Source of the DNA: Dimorphilus gyrociliatus
Taxonomy: Eukaryota > Animalia > Annelida
Direction of reading: 5' to 3'
NCBI GenBank assembly: GCA_904063045.1
Contig: CAJFCJ010000064.1
Span: 100,854 to 162,422 of the forward strand
DNA length: 61,569 bases
Shown here in pieces: positions 59,885 through 61,569 of the stretch (the first letter of the stretch is position 1; every line of letters begins with the position of its first letter). The position numbers and the translations under genes were made by a program. Below the pieces are notes generated by a model that was given only the letters and a program-made list of their open reading frames with translations, had not been told where the DNA came from and made no database searches.

Positions 59885-61569
59885 TTGAAAATTCAACGTC
59901 AAACTCAATTTAAATTCAATATTCCAACAATGACTAAGGACGATTGTTCTCAATTTACTTGCGCAGATATTGGAAATTGTAATGATCGTGGTACTTGTGT
60001 TGGCCCAAACATCTGTCAATGCCAACAAGGATGGCACGGAAACAGGTGCTCAATATCAACATGTCCCAGATATAGATCTTGTAGACAATGCGTAGAAAAG
60101 AATGGTTGCGGTTGGTGTGATTCTACTCAGAAATGTATGCCCGGAAAACCTGACAAACCATATCAATATTGTCCAGATTGGTTTTATTGGAGTTGTTTCA
60201 GTGTGTTATCCAACTCTTGCTCCAACAGAATATCCACTTTCAACTGCAATGAAAAGTACTACTCAAACAGTGGCGTTAGAATTCCAATTGAGCATTGTAC
60301 TGACATAATTAATTGTTATAAGAATACACCAACTGGATGTAGGGTATGGGACGAAGAAAAGTGTCCAGACGGTCTTCCATTGGCCAATTTGACTAGTGAA
60401 TTCAGATTGAATAGTATCGAATTTAAGAAAAATGTAAAAAAAATACCAAATTCTTCGTTGCTGTTTAAATGCGAAAGTGAACAAAGATTGAACGGAGATG
60501 ACAAAGATGAATATGAGATATTTATCTTAAAGAATGGAGATGATGACAGTGATGACAATAAATTTTTAAAAGTTGGTGATGTGATTATCAGTGAGAAGAA
60601 TATAGAAGGAATCCATCATAAGATTGCCTACTATACGAGTATATATCAATCCAATTACAGAATTCTAGTAGCATACTCCATTAATCCAATAGACCTACTC
60701 AACTACGGCCATTTCAAAACAGCTGGTACATTTGGTAGTTTTATTCATCGTAAATTATCTCATTCGACTCCTTCGAAGGAAGATATCGCAGCATTTACTC
60801 AATCTGATTATAGTAGGAAAACAACAATCAGTAAAGAATTGAATGTAAAATGTTTAGGTGGAGAATACATGATCAATGAAAAAGACGATCATCGTCGTCA
60901 TCCATCTTTATGGTCTTACTATATTATTGTAAAAACTACAGCTGAATTAAAGGTGAAGGATGTTGTTGTTGTGGAAAATACTGCTGGTTTCCTTGAAAGA
61001 ATTGTAGAATTGAAGAAAACAATTGCCAAAGATATATTTCTAGAATCTGAATTTGTTGATTGTTCAACAGTTAATGATAAACTGGTAGGCAAAAATTTTG
61101 ATAAATTGAATGTAGAAATTTCAATGTTCTTAAAAATCTCTATTACTCTCTTGGAAATAATATCGAAAGTGCTGAAGGTGACTTTGTAATTGGTTCTAGA
61201 GCGCAACCATCTTTAGGTTATGTAATAGGCCTAGAGACTCTGTTGAATGGGTGGTTAGCAATAGAAATGATAGATTTAAAGTCACTCTCACAGGATATGA
61301 ATGCAAATTCAATTGACTTTAGTAAAATTTTTAAAAGTGATCATTTATCGAGTAAACTTTACAGAGAACCAAAACTTTTACTTCAAAACCATTTTCCAAA
61401 TTTGAAAAAGAATGTAGAGATATTCAAAACTAAACTGGTTTTCTTTGGTTGTATTATCATTTTGTCTTTTTTTTTCTTTCCAGAATCCAAATTTGAAACT
61501 GTCAATAAACTCAAAGTATACATCATCAATCGAAACAAATTTTGAAACAAAAATCCTACCTTATTCTGG
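59885..61569 (+). CDS. EGF-like plus PSI domain protein with repeated (G/K)DV/F-hydrophobic beta units; frameshift near 61115; continues past the window
   Basis: CNDRGTCVGPNICQCQQGWHGNRC (EGF); CPRYRSCRQCVEKNGCGWCDSTQKC (PSI); 434-aa ORF, with the second frame open from ~61120 through 61545. Confidence 0.7.

Noticed and set aside
1-61569. Species assignment (e.g. a compact-genome annelid)
   Set aside because: Gene families and intron sizes are suggestive only; no diagnostic marker is present

Overview
AT-rich, CpG-poor animal genomic DNA with very short spliceosomal introns (about 38-65 nt), consistent with a compact-genome invertebrate. The gene families suggest a lophotrochozoan, but the species cannot be determined. 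No rRNA, tRNA or CRISPR array was seen. The window mixes cell-surface, secreted and immune-type genes with many transposons. Genes include trefoil, discoidin/F-type lectin, RNI-like LRR, three GRL101-like LDLa-LRR-GPCRs, MAM/kringle/LDLa, DEG/ENaC, Ig, EGF/PSI and GDPH/ITIH-C types; many are frameshifted or fragmentary. Transposons: one full-length DD34D mariner (22576-23902, TA target site duplication, TSD); a Mutator-type (MULE) deletion derivative with 9-bp TSD (37868-39395) plus other MULE relics; nine copies of a ~207-bp MITE with 9-bp TSDs and telomere-like G-quadruplex (G4) motifs; two Penelope-like (PLE) relics, one with a minimal hammerhead ribozyme (21604-21643); and LTR-like repeats bracketing gag-like and env-like ORFs. 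Apparently intact genes: a single-exon class A GPCR, a 3-exon secreted GDPH/ITIH-C protein, and the 3' part of an Ig-domain gene. Best candidates for new biology: the GDPH/ITIH-C protein lacking VIT/vWA, the telomere-repeat MITE family, the PLE with coiled-coil ORF1 and hammerhead, and the gag/env-like unit. All identities and percentages are by eye; no searches were run.
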